A DNA stretch of 64,000 nt from Eledone cirrhosa. Taxonomy: Eukaryota. Under the pieces are notes generated by a model that searched no databases, was not told where the DNA came from, and saw nothing but the letters and a program-made list of their open reading frames with translations. Position numbers and translations under genes: made by a program. Of the stretch, positions 12,901 to 25,350 are shown piece by piece. Position 1 is the first letter of the stretch; each line of letters begins with the position of its first letter. The stretch spans positions 343,294,001 through 343,358,000 of the forward strand of contig OZ024742.1 in the NCBI GenBank assembly GCA_964016885.1, in the 5' to 3' direction.

Positions 12901-14384
12901 GTCCGAATTGGGGTGCGTACGCAGATATTACTGTCACCGTAGTTCTATTGAGGACAAGTCTTATTTTAATTATTCTGTCATTCACTCTATTTACGTCTAT
13001 TATCTTATCTGCCCACTTTTCTGCTACCATGATTCCTACTCCACCCAGCCCATTGTCATTTCCCACCCAGAAAAGCTTATAGCATCGTTTTTTACCCACA
13101 ATGAATCTAGCAGACCCACCCCTCCACCTGGTCTCTTGAATACAACAAACATCGACCTCCTTACGTTCAAGCATTTCTATAAACTCGTTAGAGCGACCCT
13201 TTAAGGTGCCTACATTCATGGTACCAACTCTGAAGTTTTGAATTGCGTTTGGAGGGTGGGAGCGGTGGGGGGCGGGGGGAGATGGGGTTATGTTAGCCCT
13301 CCGCGGCCGAAACAAGGAGGAGTGCTCGCATTCTCGTCCACGAGGTGAATTTGTCTTTATCTTTGGCATTGTCGCTGAGCGTCCACATTTTTCTCTCTTC
13401 AACTCTCCAGAATTCCGTAGTCCATCCATCCGTCATATCGAAAGGCAACCAGGTAAGCGATAGTATAGGCCTCTGGCTTATGATTGGTCCACGTAATAAT
13501 AATGGTGGTGCGTGGGGGCGGGCGGGAGGGGTGTTGAGTTGTTAGCGAGAAGGTTAGGTTTAAGTAAGATCCTCGTATTTAACAAGCGATAACAAAAATA
13601 CAAGATTTGTTTTGTAAAATACGACAAAAACCTCGTATTTAACAAGCAATAACAAAAATACAAGATTTGTTTTGGAAAATACGACAAAAATACAGGAGGA
13701 TTTGTTTTGGAACTACGATAGAATAGCGAGTAGCGAAGCAAAGATTGGAATCGGGGAAGAGAAAATGCTATAGAATTGTCGGATGGGGTAGACTATGGAA
13801 TTGAGTGGATTGTAGAAATGCAAGAAAAATGTGTACATTACATTATACCGTGAAGGAAAGCAGCCATGAATTTGGCGAATGTGATTACTTGTGGGGTTTA
13901 TCTTATATATATAGATAGAGAAGGGCCGCATGATGTAGGGTGGGGTGGCTGAACGCGAACCCTCATGATGTAGGGGAGGGGGAGAAGATATTAAGGAGCG
14001 GGAATTAAGAGTTTAAATACGGTCCTCGGAATAACAAATATATTTAAAAGAATATATAAGAGAAGAAGGATTTTTGTTTTGTTTTGAAAAATACGACAGA
14101 ATTAAGGTTGGGTTAGCGAGAAGGTTAGGTTTAAGTAAGATCCTTATATTTAACAAGCGATAACAAAAATACAAAATTTGTTTTGTAAAATACGACAAAA
14201 ACCTTGTATTTAACAAGCAATAACAAAAATACAAGATTTGTTTTGGAAAATACGACAAAAATACAGGAGGATTTGTTTTGGAACTACGATAGAATAGCGA
14301 GTAGCGAAGCAAAGATTGGAATCGGGGAAGAGAAAATGCTATAGAATTGTCGGATGGGGTAGACTATGGAATTGAGTGGATTGC
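9932..14384 (-). mobile_element. RTE-A copy 2, apparently full length including 5' tandem monomer; RT catalytic motif mutated (YTDN)
   Basis: ORFs 12494..13429 (APE from the N-terminus, VGTMNVGTL) and 10217..12082 (RT); (CAT)n at 9932 is the tail; (TA)n beyond 14384. Confidence 0.93.
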
Positions 14385-14482
14385 ATATATATATATATAT
14401 ATATATGCACCCACTTTCCACATAGTTTCTATCTCTCAATTCACTTACTATTATATTATATTTTCTTTTATTTCTCTTGCAG

Positions 14483-14794
14483 AGCTTGGTAATGCTATCT
14501 GCCAAAATGGTATCTCCGATGCCAGTGATGCTGATGATGAGTGTAGCAACAATGCTGGCTCCATTTCCGCAGAAGAATTTGAACAGAATCCACCAGATTC
14601 TCCAATGTTCAGCCAGACTGTATCCACTGTCAGTGCAACACCAACTCCTTGTCTGGTTCATTCGTCACAATCTGAAATGTCTTCGCTGGTTGGCAACAAC
14701 CAGAGAAATGTCCCCAAATGGTCTTGTGGTTTTCTCATATTGTTGGTCTTTGCCCTTGGTGTATTTCATGCCTTCTCCATCCGATTCTATTACG
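14483..14794 (+). CDS. Host gene exon (phase 1-1, 312 nt): acidic/Ser-rich segment plus single transmembrane helix (WSCGFLILLVFALGVFHAFSIRFYY)
   Basis: Strong acceptor tttctcttgcAG, donor GTAAAG at 14795, open in ORF 14347..14805. Confidence 0.85.
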
Positions 14795-15289
14795 GTAAAG
14801 TTTAAACCTCTCTGTCATTTCACACTTTCATTACCATATTCCTGCCTATGATTTTCAAAAAGTTTATTAATAACCAAAGATTTAGGGGGCTTTAGTAACA
14901 TAACAAATTTTCTCATTATTAAGGTAGGGTCGGACAACATGCTTTACAGCATATAGTTACATACCTTTACGTTCTGAGTTCAAATCACACCTAGGTTAGA
15001 TTTGCCTTTCATTCCCACGGGGGTCGATGAAATAAAGCACCAGTAATGCACTGGGGTCGATTTAATCGACTTTCTCCCCTTCCATTCAAATTGCTGGCCT
15101 TGTGCCTAAAGTAGAAACAATTATTAAGGTAGTGTTTGGAACATAATTTAACAAAGGTACTTACATAAAAGTATGTTGAAAGATTTTTAGATAACTATAA
15201 ACACTTTAACATTTTCTCTCCTATATTTCTAAATATTTTCAAATAATTTTGAAAATAATCAAGAATTTGGAGAGGTTTAGTAATATAAC

Positions 15290-15545
15290 TTTCTCATGTG
15301 GTTAGAATGTCTCGAGAAAGAATCACTGGACAGATTTTATGGGCAAAACCAACTGGCAGGAGACCCAGAGTTAGACACCAAGCAAGAGGGTTGAATAACA
15401 TCCATGAGTTTGGCTGGTCACGCTTGAGGATCCAGCCAGATCAGTTGGAGATGGTTACTTCTGACAGGACCCACTGGAAGGAGTGTTTGAGGACTCTGTT
15501 CTCTTGACCTTTGCAGGAATAAGTGGGTGAAGATGAAGAGAAGAA
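15290..15545 (+). mobile_element. Short 3' fragment of a different RTE family
   Basis: HVVRMSRERITGQILWAKPTGRRPR C-terminal motif and (GAA)n-like tail. Confidence 0.65.
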
Positions 15546-15705
15546 CTTTCTCATTATTAAGTTGGTGTTCCTACATAAATGTTGAAGGTTTTTAGTTAAT
15601 AAACAAACACTTTAAAATAAACAACTTTGTATCATTGAGCAGCGGGTGGGTTCATGTGGTTATGTATCAAGAGGGTTAAACTGCTGATTGTGCTTTTAGC
15701 CCTTT

Positions 15706-17617
15706 TCATCATCATCATCATCACCGTTTTACTTCCGTTCTTCCACGCTAGCATGGGTTAGACGGGTTGTCCTGTTGTGGGCAGTGTCTGGTCGGCTGAC
15801 CATGCCTTGCTCATACAGGAACTGATCTGGCTTGATTTCTACAGCTGGATGCCCTTCCTAACACCAACCTCATTTACAGTGAGTGCTGGGTGCTTTTTCG
15901 TGGCGCCTACACGTCCACTTTACAGTGTGGGCTGGGTGCTTTTTTTGCACCTCCACGACCACCTTGGGGTGGGGGGTGTGGGGGCATATTGTCTATATGC
16001 TTCAGCTTGTACGCATGGGAGGTCGGGTACTCTGTATTACTGCGAGACGCCAGAAGTCACAGTCGTGTATCATTGTTTTTGAGAGGTGTAATTGGGTAAG
16101 GTCGGCTTTTATCACCTCATCCCAGGTCATCTTGGGTCTCCCCACTCCGCGGTTTCCATCAACTTCTAGTGCTTTGCACCTTTTTATGCAGCTGTCATCC
16201 TTCATACGCATCACATGTCCATACCAGCGCAACCGCTTCTCCTGCACACAGCATTTGATTCCTCTTATGCTCAGTCTCTCTCTCAATTCATTTATGCTTT
16301 GTCGTTCACGTATATTACTGTTACACATCCATCGGAGCATGCAGGCTTCTTTTCTCTCTAATCTACGTAAGTCTTCCACCTTCAGCGCCCCGGTCTCACT
16401 ACCATGCAACATCGCTGTTCAGATACACGCATCATACAGTCTGCCTTTCATTTTGAGGGAGAAGCCTTTTGCAGCTAGCAGTGGTAGTAGTTCCCTAAAC
16501 TTCTTCCATCCCGTTCTTACCCTAGTTATTGTACTTTCTGAACACCCACCTCCGCTGCTAATTCGGTCACCTAGGTAGCAGAAGCTGTCTACTGTTTCTA
16601 CAGGGCCCTCCCAGAGATTGGTGGTACTTGTTTGCTGCTTGCTGTCTCAGCACAGCTGCTGCATGTGAATCCTACATTCTTAATTAAGCTTCCTGAGATC
16701 CCGCTACATCTCTTGTGTACCCATTGTTTGCATTTGGGGCAGAGAATGGAGTTCCTACCTACACCTTTCCTACATACTGAGCAAGGCCATTTCCCTGAGG
16801 GGATCTGGGTTCTGTTTTCTCGTCTACTTACAAGGACCTTAGTCTTTGTCATGTTGACTTTGAGACCCTTTCTTTCTAGTCCCTGTTTCCAAGTTTGGAA
16901 TTTCTTCTCTAGTTCTACCATAGATTCAGCTATGAGTGCGAGGTCATCAGCATACAGGAGTTCCCATGGGCATCTGGTCTTAAACTCCTCCGTTATTGCC
17001 TGCAGGACTATGATGAACAGGAGAGGGCTAAGAACAGAGCCCTGGTGGACCCCAACCTATACGCTAAATTCCTCGCTATACTCATTGCTAATCCTAACTT
17101 TGCTGACTGCTCCCCTATACATGGCTTGTACCGCTTTCACAAGCCATTCATCTACTCCTAGTTTTCTAAGAGCCCACCAGATTACAGCACGTGGAACTCT
17201 GTCAAAGGCTTTCTCAAGGTCGACAAATGCCAAGTAGAGTGGCTTACTTTTAGCTAGGTACTTTTCCTGTAATTGCCTCACAAGGAAGAGGGCATCAGCG
17301 GTGCCTCTTCCTGGTACAAACCCGAATTGCATCTCGTCTATTTTCACCCGGTCCCTAATCAGCTGTGCTATAACTCTTTCTGTTACTTTCATGACCTGGT
17401 CCATCAGCTTTATACCTCTATAGTTTCCTCTATCTAGTGCATCGCCTTTACCTTTGTAGCAGTTGACAATGATGCTACTGCACCAATCTTTTGGTATGGC
17501 ACCTTCTAGTATTACCTGGTTAACGATACGTGTGGTTATAGTGTGACCTACAGACCCAGATGCCTTCAGCATCTCGGCAGCTATACCCGATGGACCGGTT
17601 GCCTTCCCCATCTTCAT
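15706..17617 (-). mobile_element. RTE-B copy 2 (5'-truncated within RT)
   Basis: Reverse complement nearly identical to ~8000-9915; (CAT)n tail at 15706. Confidence 0.93.
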
Positions 17618-17954
17618 CTTGTGAAATAAATTGCTGATATATACATATATGATATATGTAAATGTGGTTGGTGTTAGGAAGAGCTTCCAGCCATAGAGAC
17701 CAAACCAGAAACAGTACTGTGTGAGCAAGACATGGTTACCTGACCCAACTTGCCTCAAACTGGACAACCCGTCTAACCCAGAGAAGTAGCAGCTCTACCT
17801 CGAACAACTCTCTTGTCTCTGAGCTACACACTCTATCAAGTAACATTACTCCAAAGACCCTTCAGAGGAACCCTATTTCTGCTGCTTGTATTAAAAATTG
17901 AATTCTATAATTAAATTAATTATTTCATTGTTTTGTTTTTGTTTTTTTTTCCAG

Positions 17955-18007
17955 GAGCTAGTCACTTTAAAATTCCTACAGATGACTCAGATCATTTTAA
18001 ACAGATG
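17955..18007 (+). CDS. Host gene small exon (53 nt, phase 1-0): GASHFKIPTDDSDHFKQM
   Basis: Long T tract plus ccAG acceptor and GTACGT donor; supplies exactly the phase change needed between exons 14483-14794 and 21714-22620. Confidence 0.8.
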
Positions 18008-18049
18008 GTACGTATAACATGAGTGGTGAATCGGAAGCAACAGAGAAGG

Positions 18050-20255
18050 CTTAGCCAAGTGGTTGATTTTCATGGTCTTCCTCTACTGCATCTTCCTTCC
18101 ACTGGGATTTCTTGGCACTTCTTGCACATCCAATGGAGCATGCTTGCTTCATTTCTCTCCACCCATCGCATCTCACACAGGCATCATATAACTGGCCCTT
18201 CGTTCATAGGGAGAAACCCTTCTTTGTCAACAGAGGAAGTAGCTCCCTATATTTCTTCTCACCCCTCCTTATTCTAGATACTATGGCCTCGGAGCACCCT
18301 CCTTCCTTGCTAATCTGATCACCTAGGTACCGGAAGCTATCAACCACTTCTATAGAACCCACCTGCTTTTGAAAAATATGTCTATCACTGCGACTTCTAC
18401 TTTCAAATTTCCCTGCACATCTACTGCATATGTAGTTTTCCCTACCTGTTAGTTTGCTTGTTGTCACTTGTGTACCCAAGATCTGCATTGTGTACATTCT
18501 ATAGATTTTATGCCAACTCCTTTTCTACATATTGAACATGGCCATTTCCCTGATGGAATCAGAGTTTGTCCTCTTTTCTACTTATCAACACTTTTGTCTT
18601 AGCTAGGTTCACTCTCAGTCCTCTTGATTCCAACTGCTGTTTCCATCGCCAGAATTTATTCTCTAGCTCCTCTACTGATTCTGCTATAAGTACCAGATTG
18701 TCAGCATAGAAAAGTTCTCACGGGCAGCCTGTCTTAAACTCTTCTGTTATGGCTTGGAGGACTTTAATGAACAAGAGCAGGCTGAGGACCGAACCCTGAT
18801 GTACTCCTACTTGTATCTGGAATTGCTCACTAAACACCATTCCTACTCTCACTTTACTGACTGTACATAGCTTGCACTGTCCTCGCAAGCCATTCCTCTA
18901 CACCTAGTTTCCTTAGGGACCACCAGATGACAGATCGGGGTACTCTAACAAAGGCTTTCTCTAGGTTAACAAAAGTTAAGTATAATGGCTTATTCTTCTC
19001 TAAGAACCTCTCTTGTAGTTGTCTCACTAAGAAGAGGGCATCTGTTGTACTTTTCACAGGCACAAAACCAAACTGAATCTCATCTAATTTGACCCTTTCT
19101 TTAATTAGTTGCTCTAATATTCTCTCTGCCACTTTCATAACCTGACCCATCAGTTTTATGTCCCTATAATTGCTCCTCTCCAGAGCATCCCCTTTACTTG
19201 TGTAGCAATTTATAAGAATACTGCTGCACCAGTCTTTGAGTATGACTCCATCATATATAGCTTGATTGACGATGCGTGCAACCAGTTTAGTTCCTACACA
19301 TCTCAGCAACTCAGCAACTACCCCTGACGGTCCAGCGGCCTTACCACTTTTCATTTCCTTAATTGCCTCTTTGATCCTATATTCGTCAATCTCAATAGCT
19401 GGTCACTCTGTCGGGTCTACTGGGGGTAATTTCTCTCTCTCCCATTCGTTCCTAATATTCATCAGTCTCTCATAATGACATTTCCAGGGCTTTTTTTTCT
19501 GAGCATCAGGGACACTAAATGTACCAGCATCATTTCGGACACACTTATCTCCAACAACATCCTGATTTACACTGACACACTGCCTTGCAATGCAGAACAC
19601 CGCATGTCTCTGATCTTCTTGTCGCAGAACATTGGCAAACCTCCTACTCTCAGCTTCCCTGCATGCTAAGTACACCTCACATCTAGCCTCTCTTTTAGCG
19701 GCTGTGTATCGGTCTCTACTCCCACCAATTTTCCAAGCTTTCCACGCTAGTCTTTTGTCTCTAATAGCCCTATCTACTGTGCTGTTCCACCACCAGGTCA
19801 CCCTCTGTCTGGTTGGAGCTCTTCTCCAGCCACAAATTTCTTCAGTAGCCTGCAGTAAGTTGTCACGTAAGAAATTCCAGTTATCATCTATGTCATACAA
19901 TTCTAACTCGTCTTCTTCTTCGTCATACACATCTTGAAGGGCTTTCCTAAATTTATATTTTAGTGAAAGATCTTTTAGCTTCCAGACCTTCTTTTTCCAC
20001 ACGTTCCTGTGTGTCTCATTTTGTCTCTTGCTTATTGAGATGTCACTAACGACTAATGCTGTGGGGTACATTCTTCCCCGGGGTATGCCTTAGTATTTGA
20101 CACCATCTGTATGTCTCGTTGCCTAACTAGCAAGAAATCAATCTGGTTTATGTGCTCACCTGATTTGTAGGTTATTAGGTGGTTGGCAGGTTTCTGGAAG
20201 TTAGTGTTGCAAATGGTTAGTTTACTTGCATCACAAAATTCAAGAAGCCTCACTC
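18050..20255 (-). mobile_element. Older degenerate RTE (subfamily C)
   Basis: ORF pieces 20053..20253, 19403..20071, 18854..19354 and 18204..18497 are homologous to APE/RT/PHD of A and B, with many lesions. Confidence 0.9.
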
Positions 20256-21021
20256 CTTATATATGAGTATTTTTCTTTATTTTGTTACCATTTAGTCAGA
20301 GCAATGCCCATGACCTTTTCTCATGGCTTCCGAGACTAGTGGCAGGGAGTAAGGGAGAAAGTTACCCCTAAACTGGAAGCCTGGCCTGAATGCTTGCAAC
20401 AGTTTGAACCGAAAGTTTAGGTGATACTTGTACATATTTGTACTTGTGGTAATGTTCACCCGGGGTGGTTTGAGCCAGCTCCATCAAAGGAATTCACAGT
20501 GTATGTTCATTTCAATGAAGTTTCTTCAGGGGATTCATTTCACAAGCGGTGCCCAGCCATAAGTATATGTACTTTAGGATAGTGCAATCTAAGCATTGCA
20601 TTGGTTATAGCACTGAGTTCTTGCTTTCACACCCAATCAAATCGGGTGGAGCCAGGGCCATGACAGGGATGCATGGGAGGGAGTTTGGCCAGCAGAGGTG
20701 ATAAACACAACCTATTTGAGCAATTTGTAGGCCAGCAGGAGCTCACTCCACGCCCCAGCTCAGGCATACTGACCCTTGGCGCCAAGTTTAGATGGTGGTG
20801 GTCTTAAACTAGGCAAGAAGTTTAGTAGGCTATGACAGGATTTAAATTTAGAATCAGAACATAAGGAACCAGAATAAATACCATAAGGTATTTTTTCCTG
20901 AATCCCTAAAACTTTTGTTAATTAGGCTTTATTAAATGTAATATAGTGATCGTTTTAACACCTTGTCTTCATGTTTTGTTGCTATATTTCCAATTAAATA
21001 CATTGTCTATGGTTTTCAAAT

Positions 21022-21358
21022 CATTATCATCATCATTTCATTTTACGTCTGCTTTTTCCCTGCTTGCAAGGGTGGGACGGGAACTGATTCTGGCTTGATT
21101 TCTACAGCTGGATGCCCTTCCTAACACCAACCTCATTGACAGTGTGTGCTGGGTGCTTTTTTGCCGTGGCACCTCCACGACCATTTTGCAGTGGAATGAT
21201 AGAGACCCCAGTCCTATCATCTCATTTCTACAGCTGAGTAAACTGGAGCAATGTGAAATAAAGTGTCTTGCTCAAGGAAACAACACATCACCCGGTCTGA
21301 GAATTGAACTCACAACCTTTCGATTGCAAGGCACTAACCACTAAGCCATGTGCCTCCA
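21022..21358 (-). mobile_element. tRNA-headed SINE with CORE/V-like body and RTE-B-derived 3' tail
   Basis: Minus strand: tggcttagtgg (A box), gttcaattc (B box), ccttgagcaagacactt, then gaggtgccacggcaaaaaagcacccag...ggttggtgttaggaagggcatccagctgtagaaatcaagcc as in the RTE-B 3' UTR, (TGA)n tail. Confidence 0.8.
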
Positions 21359-21713
21359 TCAAATCTTTTTGAAAATAATCAGGAATTTGGAGAGAGTTAG
21401 TTAAACTTTTTTTTTTTCATTTTTAAGCTGGTATTTGAAACACAACTTAAACTTAATAAAATTATAATGGAAGATTTAAATATGAACACTTGAAAATAAA
21501 CAACTTTGTATCATAGAACCAGGGGTGGTTTTTATATTAAAAGGGTTAAATTTAGTTAAAACTTACAGTCTGCAATATAAGTTAAATACATTCTGTTCAA
21601 TTACTATTCCACTTGAACTTATAAAGATAGATATTCTACAAAAGTTAACATTGTATGTGGTTTTTTGGTTCATTTTTGGGTGTTTAATTAAAAAATTTTT
21701 CTTTTAAACTTAG

Positions 21714-22620
21714 GAGACTGTTTATCAACTCAATGAACAGAATAAACTCTTAATGAAGCATGTACAATCATTGAAGCAAGAACTTCGCAATGTGCTCTCC
21801 TCCAAACATCTGTTATCAGAAGAACTGCATGAGATGAATAACTTGCTGAGAAACAGAATTACAAACCTTGACCATCAAATTGTTGAACTGCGACAGGACA
21901 TATCTGGGGTAATTTCTAAAGCAGAAACCACAGACCCATCTGGAGATATACTTGAGGATGTATCATCTACAGACATACCTGGGGTTGAATCAGCTTCAGA
22001 CATACCTGGGTTTGAATCAGTTTCAAACATACCTGGGTTTGAATCAGTTTCAAACATACCTGGGTTTGAATCAGTTTCAAACATACCTGGAGTTGAACCA
22101 GCTTCAGACATACCTGGAGTTGAACCAGCTTCAGACATACCTGGAGTTGAACCAGCTTCAGACATACCTGGAGTTGAACCAGCTTCAGACATACCTGGAG
22201 TTGAACCAGCTTCAGACATACTTGGAGTTGAACCAGCTTCAGACATACCTGGAGTTGAACCAGCTTCAGACATACCTGGAGTTGAACCAGCTTCAGACAT
22301 ACCTGGAGTTGAACCAGCTTCAGACATACCTGGAGTTGAATTAGTTTCAGATATACCTGCGGTCAATTTTAAAACAGAATCTGTTGGGTCAATTAAAAAC
22401 ACACTTATGGTTGACCCATCATCTGACACACCAGTGGTTGAATCTTCTTCAGACATACCTGCAGTGATTTCTAAAACAGAATCCACACACCCATCTACAG
22501 ATATACCTGGGGGCACATCTAAAACACAAACAACAGAATTACCTACAGACATACCTGTACAAACACTAGACCAATCTAATGTAACTAAAGAAGGAATTGA
22601 TCCCAAGCCTGGGGATACTG
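21714..22620 (+). CDS. Host gene exon (907 nt, phase 0-1): coiled coil followed by 14x 9-aa (SDIPGVEPA) repeats
   Basis: Acceptor ttAG at 21712-21713, donor GTAAGT at 22621, open in the frame of ORF 21753..22751. Confidence 0.88.
21969..22346 (+). repeat. Coding 27-bp minisatellite, 14 units
   Basis: tcagacatacctggagttgaaccagct repeated in frame. Confidence 0.95.
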
Positions 22621-22756
22621 GTAAGTACAAGTTTTCTCTGTTTTGTTTTGTTTTTTGTGTGTGGGGGGGGGGGGGGCAGTTCTTTGCATTCCAAGTACAA
22701 ATCTCTCTGTTGTATTTTTGGGTGATAGACTTAATTGAATGCCTTGTATAAGACTA

Positions 22757-25218
22757 TCACCTGGTCCTTGTGTGGTAGACTTAAACAGCCTACATTACAC
22801 CACTACCTGGTCCTTGAGTGGTAGACTTAGTCACCCTATATTACACCATCACCTGGTCCTTGAGTGGTAGACTTAGTCACCCTATATTACACCATCACCT
22901 GGTCCTTGAGTGGTAGACTTAGTCACCCTATATTACACCATCACCTGGTCCTTGAGTGGTAGACTTAGTCACCCTATATTACACCATCACCTGGTCCTTG
23001 AGTGGTAGACTTAGTCACCTTATATTACACCATCACCTGGTCCTTGAGTGGTAGACTTAGTCACCCTATATTACACCATCACCTGGTCCTTGTGTGGTAG
23101 ACTTAGTCACCCTATATTACACCATCACCTGGTCCTTGAGTGGTAGACTTAGTCACCCTATATTACACCATCACCTGGTCCTTGAGTGGTAGACTTAGTC
23201 ACCCTATATTACACCATCACCTGGTCCTTGAGTGGTAGACTTAGTCACCCTATATTACACCATCACCTGGTCCTTGTGTGGTAGACTTAAACAGCCTACA
23301 TTACACCACTACCTGGTCCTTGAGTGGTAGACTTAGTCACCCTATATTACACCATCACCTGGTCCTTGAGTGGTAGACTTAGTCACCCTATATTACACCA
23401 TCACCTGGTCCTTGAGTGGTAGACTTAGTCACCCTATATTACACCATCACCTGGTCCTTGTGTGGTAGACTTAAAACAGCCTACATTACACCACCACCTG
23501 GTCCTTGAGTGGTAGACTTAGTCACCCTACATTACATCACCTGGTCCTTGTGTGGTAGACTTAAACAGCCTACATTACACCACCACCTGGTCCTTGAGTG
23601 GTAGACTTAGTCACCCTACATTACACCACCACCTGGTCCTTGAGTGGTAGACTTAGTCACCCTATATTACACCATCACCTGGTCCTTGAGTGGTAGACTT
23701 AGTCACCCTACATTACACCACCTGGTCCTTGTGTGGTAGACTTAGTCACCCTACATTACACCACCACCTGGTCCTTGTGTGGTAGTCTTAGTCACCCTAT
23801 ATTACACCACCACCTGGTCCTTGAGTGGTAGACTTAGTCAGTCACCCTACATTACACCACCACCTGGTCCTTGAGTGGTAGACTTAGTCACCCTATATTA
23901 CACCACCACCTGGTCCTTGAGTGGTAGACTTAGTCACCCTACATTACACCACCACCTGGTCCTTGTGTGGTAGACTTAGTCACCCTACATTACACCACCA
24001 CCTGGTCCTTGTGTGGTAGTCTTAGTCACCCTATATTACACCACCACCTGGTCCTTGAGTGGTAGACTTAGTCAGTCACCCTACATTACACCACCACCTG
24101 GTCCTTGAGTGGTAGACTTAGTCACCCTATATTACACCACCACCTGGTCCTTGAGTGGTAGACTTAGTCACCCTATATTACACCATCACCTGGTCCTTGT
24201 GTGGTAGTCTTAGTCACCCTATATTACACCACCACCTGGTCCTTGAGTGGTAGACTTAGTCACCCTATATTACACCATCACCTGGTCCTTGAGTGGTAGA
24301 CTTAGTCACCCTATATTACACCATCACCTGGTCCTTGTGTGGTAGACTTAAAACAGCCTACATTACACCACCACCTGGTCCTTGAGTGGTAGACTTAGTC
24401 ACCCTACATTACATCACCTGGTCCTTGTGTGGTAGACTTAAACAGCCTACATTACACCACCACCTGGTCCTTGAGTGGTAGACTTAGTCACCCTACATTA
24501 CACCACCACCTGGTCCTTGAGTGGTAGACTTAGTCACCCTATATTACACCATCACCTGGTCCTTGAGTGGTAGACTTAGTCACCCTACATTACACCACCT
24601 GGTCCTTGTGTGGTAGACTTAGTCACCCTACATTACACCACCACCTGGTCCTTGTGTGGTAGTCTTAGTCACCCTATATTACACCACCACCTGGTCCTTG
24701 AGTGGTAGACTTAGTCAGTCACCCTACATTACACCACCACCTGGTCCTTGAGTGGTAGACTTAGTCACCCTATATTACACCACCACCTGGTCCTTGAGTG
24801 GTAGACTTAGTCACCCTATATTACACCATCACCTGGTCCTTGTGTGGTAGTCTTAGTCACCCTATATTACACCACCACCTGGTCCTTGAGTGGTAGACTT
24901 AGTCACCCTATATTACACCATCACCTGGTCCTTGTGTGGTAGACTTAGTCACCCTACATTACACCACCACCTGGTCCTTGTGTGGTAGACTTAGTCACCC
25001 TATATTACACCATCACCTGGTCCTTGAGTGGTAGACTTAGTCACCCTATATTACACCACCACCTGGTCCTTGAGTGGTAGACTTAGTCACCCTACATTAC
25101 ACCACCTGGTCCTTGTGTGGTAGACTTAGTCACCCTACATTACACCACCTGGTCCTTGTGTGGTAGACTTAGTCACCCTACATTACACCACCACCTCGTC
25201 CTTGGGTGGTAGACTTAA
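22757..25218. repeat. Intronic 46-bp minisatellite, ~53 units, with higher-order duplication
   Basis: Unit cacctggtccttgagtggtagacttagtcaccctatattacaccat; rare variants recur 877 bp apart. Confidence 0.97.
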
Positions 25219-25350
25219 TTAAATACTATACAATGCCACCATGTGGTCGTCGGGTGCCTTTAATAGAATTCACTCTGTTGCAAACATTTGGCTCAGGCTC
25301 TGTGGTGGAAGTTCAGATTATTGGATGCTGGCGCCACAATAAAATATGTA

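Noticed and set aside
13430-13560. HDV-like ribozyme at RTE 5' ends (known for some RTEs)
   Set aside because: I could not identify the nested double pseudoknot by eye here or at 42630-42870; needs a descriptor search
21875-22630. 251-aa minus-strand ORF with STPGMSEAG repeats
   Set aside because: Antisense shadow of the + strand exon, which has proper splice sites and phase continuity
22757-25218. CRISPR-like appearance of the regular repeat array
   Set aside because: Units are head-to-tail with no unique spacers, no cas genes are present, and the context is a eukaryotic intron
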